Shown in pieces: positions 7,335 through 7,517 of a DNA stretch of 7,517 bases (positions are counted from its first letter, which is position 1; each line of letters starts with the position of its first letter). The notes beneath the pieces were generated by a model, which ran no database searches, was not told where the DNA came from, and saw only the letters and a program-made list of their open reading frames with translations. Position numbers and translations under genes: made by a program. Source of the DNA: a virus (Duplodnaviria; Heunggongvirae; Uroviricota; Caudoviricetes); IMG/VR virus record IMGVR_UViG_3300029816_000066, positions 1-7,517 of that record; one strand, written 5' to 3'.

Positions 7335-7348
7335 ATTGGTGGAAAAGT

Positions 7349-7517
7349 ATGACAGTAAAAATTTCTGGCGTGCTTAAAGATGGCACAGGAAAACCAGTAC
7401 AGAACTGCACCATTGTGCTGAAGGCCAGACGGACCAGCAGCACGGTGGTGGTGAACACGGTGGCCTCTGAAAATCCGGATGAAGCCGGGCGTTACAGCAT
7501 GGATGTTGAGTATGGCC
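7349..7517 (+). CDS. stf: Side tail fibre protein Stf (lambda Stf / orf-401-like), N-terminal fragment; 3' end lies outside the window
   Basis: Translation MTVKISGVLKDGTGKPVQNCTIVLKARRTSSTVVVNTVASENPDEAGRYSMDVEYG is near-identical to my recall of the lambda Stf N-terminus (MAVKISGVLKDGTGKPVQNCTIQLKARR…NPDEAGRYSMDVEYG). It is missing from the ORF track only because fewer than 60 codons fall in the window. Confidence 0.88.
   Translation, partial: MTVKISGVLKDGTGKPVQNCTIVLKARRTSSTVVVNTVASENPDEAGRYSMDVEYG

Noticed and set aside
1-7517. CRISPR arrays, tRNA genes, IS elements or integrase/att sites
   Set aside because: I saw no direct-repeat/spacer periodicity, tRNA-like cloverleaf, terminal inverted repeats or transposase/integrase-like ORF. 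The window is fully accounted for by tail structural genes and small intergenic elements.

Overview
This window is the tail-tip module of a lambda-like (lambdoid siphovirus) prophage or phage, collinear with phage lambda: the 3' end of the tape-measure gene (H), then M, L, K, I, J (central tail fibre/host specificity), the lom outer-membrane moron and the 5' end of the side tail fibre gene stf, all on the + strand. Protein identities come from my recall of the lambda homologues and recognisable motifs; no database search was possible. The main departure from lambda is a ~245-bp AT-rich insert between I and J (about 2495-2740). On the minus strand it carries a near-consensus sigma70-type promoter (TTCACA-16 nt-TATAAT), about 100 nt with no plausible ORF, and an intrinsic terminator abutting the I stop codon. 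I read this as a candidate prophage-encoded small RNA moron, bounded on the J side by a bidirectional terminator hairpin. Other points of interest are a J protein about 100 aa longer than lambda J with a divergent C-terminal domain, a long form of K that includes the full JAMM motif, and terminator-flanked lom.
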